From NCBI GenBank assembly GCA_964016885.1, contig OZ024761.1, forward strand, positions 16,058,001-16,122,000: a stretch of 64,000 nt of DNA. The letters are read 5' to 3'. The notes beneath the pieces were generated by a model that ran no database searches, was not told the DNA's origin, and worked only from the letters and a program-made list of their open reading frames with translations. The stretch is from Eledone cirrhosa (lineage: Eukaryota). Below, one piece after another: positions 63,678 through 64,000 of this stretch; position 1 is the first letter of the stretch, and each line of letters begins with the position of its first letter. The translations under genes and the position numbers were made by a program.

Positions 63678-64000
63678 AGGCATTTTAAGCCTGGCAAAGC
63701 CCATGCCTATCCAGTTTCTTGGGCATTTTAAGCCTGGTCTCCAGTTTATTGGGCATTTTAAGCCTGGCGGAGCCCATTCCTCTCCAGTTTGTTGGGCATT
63801 TTAAGCCTGGCGGAGCCCATTCCTCTCCAGTTTCTTGGGCATTTTACGCCTGGCGGAGTCCATTCCTCTCCAGTTTGTTGGGCATTTTAAGCCTGGTGGA
63901 GCCCATTCCTCTCCAGTTTGTTGGGCATTTTACGCCTGGCGGAGCCTATTCCTCTCCAGTTTGTTGGGCATTTTAAGCCTGGCGGAGCCCATTCCTCTCC
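63678..64000 (+). repeat. 43-bp tandem repeat derived from a SINE internal segment; runs off the window
   Basis: GGGCATTTTAAGCCTGGCGGAGCCCATTCCTCTCCAGTTTGTT at 63751, 63794, 63837 and onward. Confidence 0.92.

Overview
AT-rich eukaryotic (animal) genomic DNA, not prokaryotic. The SINE/MITE repertoire and (AT)n/(CAT)n microsatellites suggest a coleoid cephalopod such as Octopus (inference). Four spliced protein-coding genes can be reconstructed exon by exon from GT-AG junctions with consistent phases: DDX19/DBP5 DEAD-box helicase (+, CDS 12575-24247, 11 coding exons), GLOD4 (-, 36776-26127, 10 exons), NDUFB5 (+, 38899-50055, 6 exons), and the last four exons of a G-protein alpha subunit that looks like class Gv (-, 63007-60225). 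A tRNA-Gly(GCC) lies between the divergent GLOD4 and NDUFB5 starts. Introns and intergenic DNA hold a decayed Ty3/Gypsy LTR element, tRNA-derived SINEs, CR1 and RTE LINE 3' ends, hAT/piggyBac/Tc1 MITEs, Helitron-like elements and SINE-derived satellites. Most ORFs in the supplied track are repeat artefacts. The most unusual signal is about a dozen short non-coding elements, most with fold-back structure and next to (TA)n tracts, that carry complete or partial minimal hammerhead-ribozyme cores (CUGANGA...GAAA...NUH) and often a shared 3' tail motif. They resemble Penelope-like/retrozyme elements. One copy with all core nucleotides lies in sense orientation in the putative G-alpha-v 3' UTR. All coordinates were read by eye; repeat boundaries are approximate.
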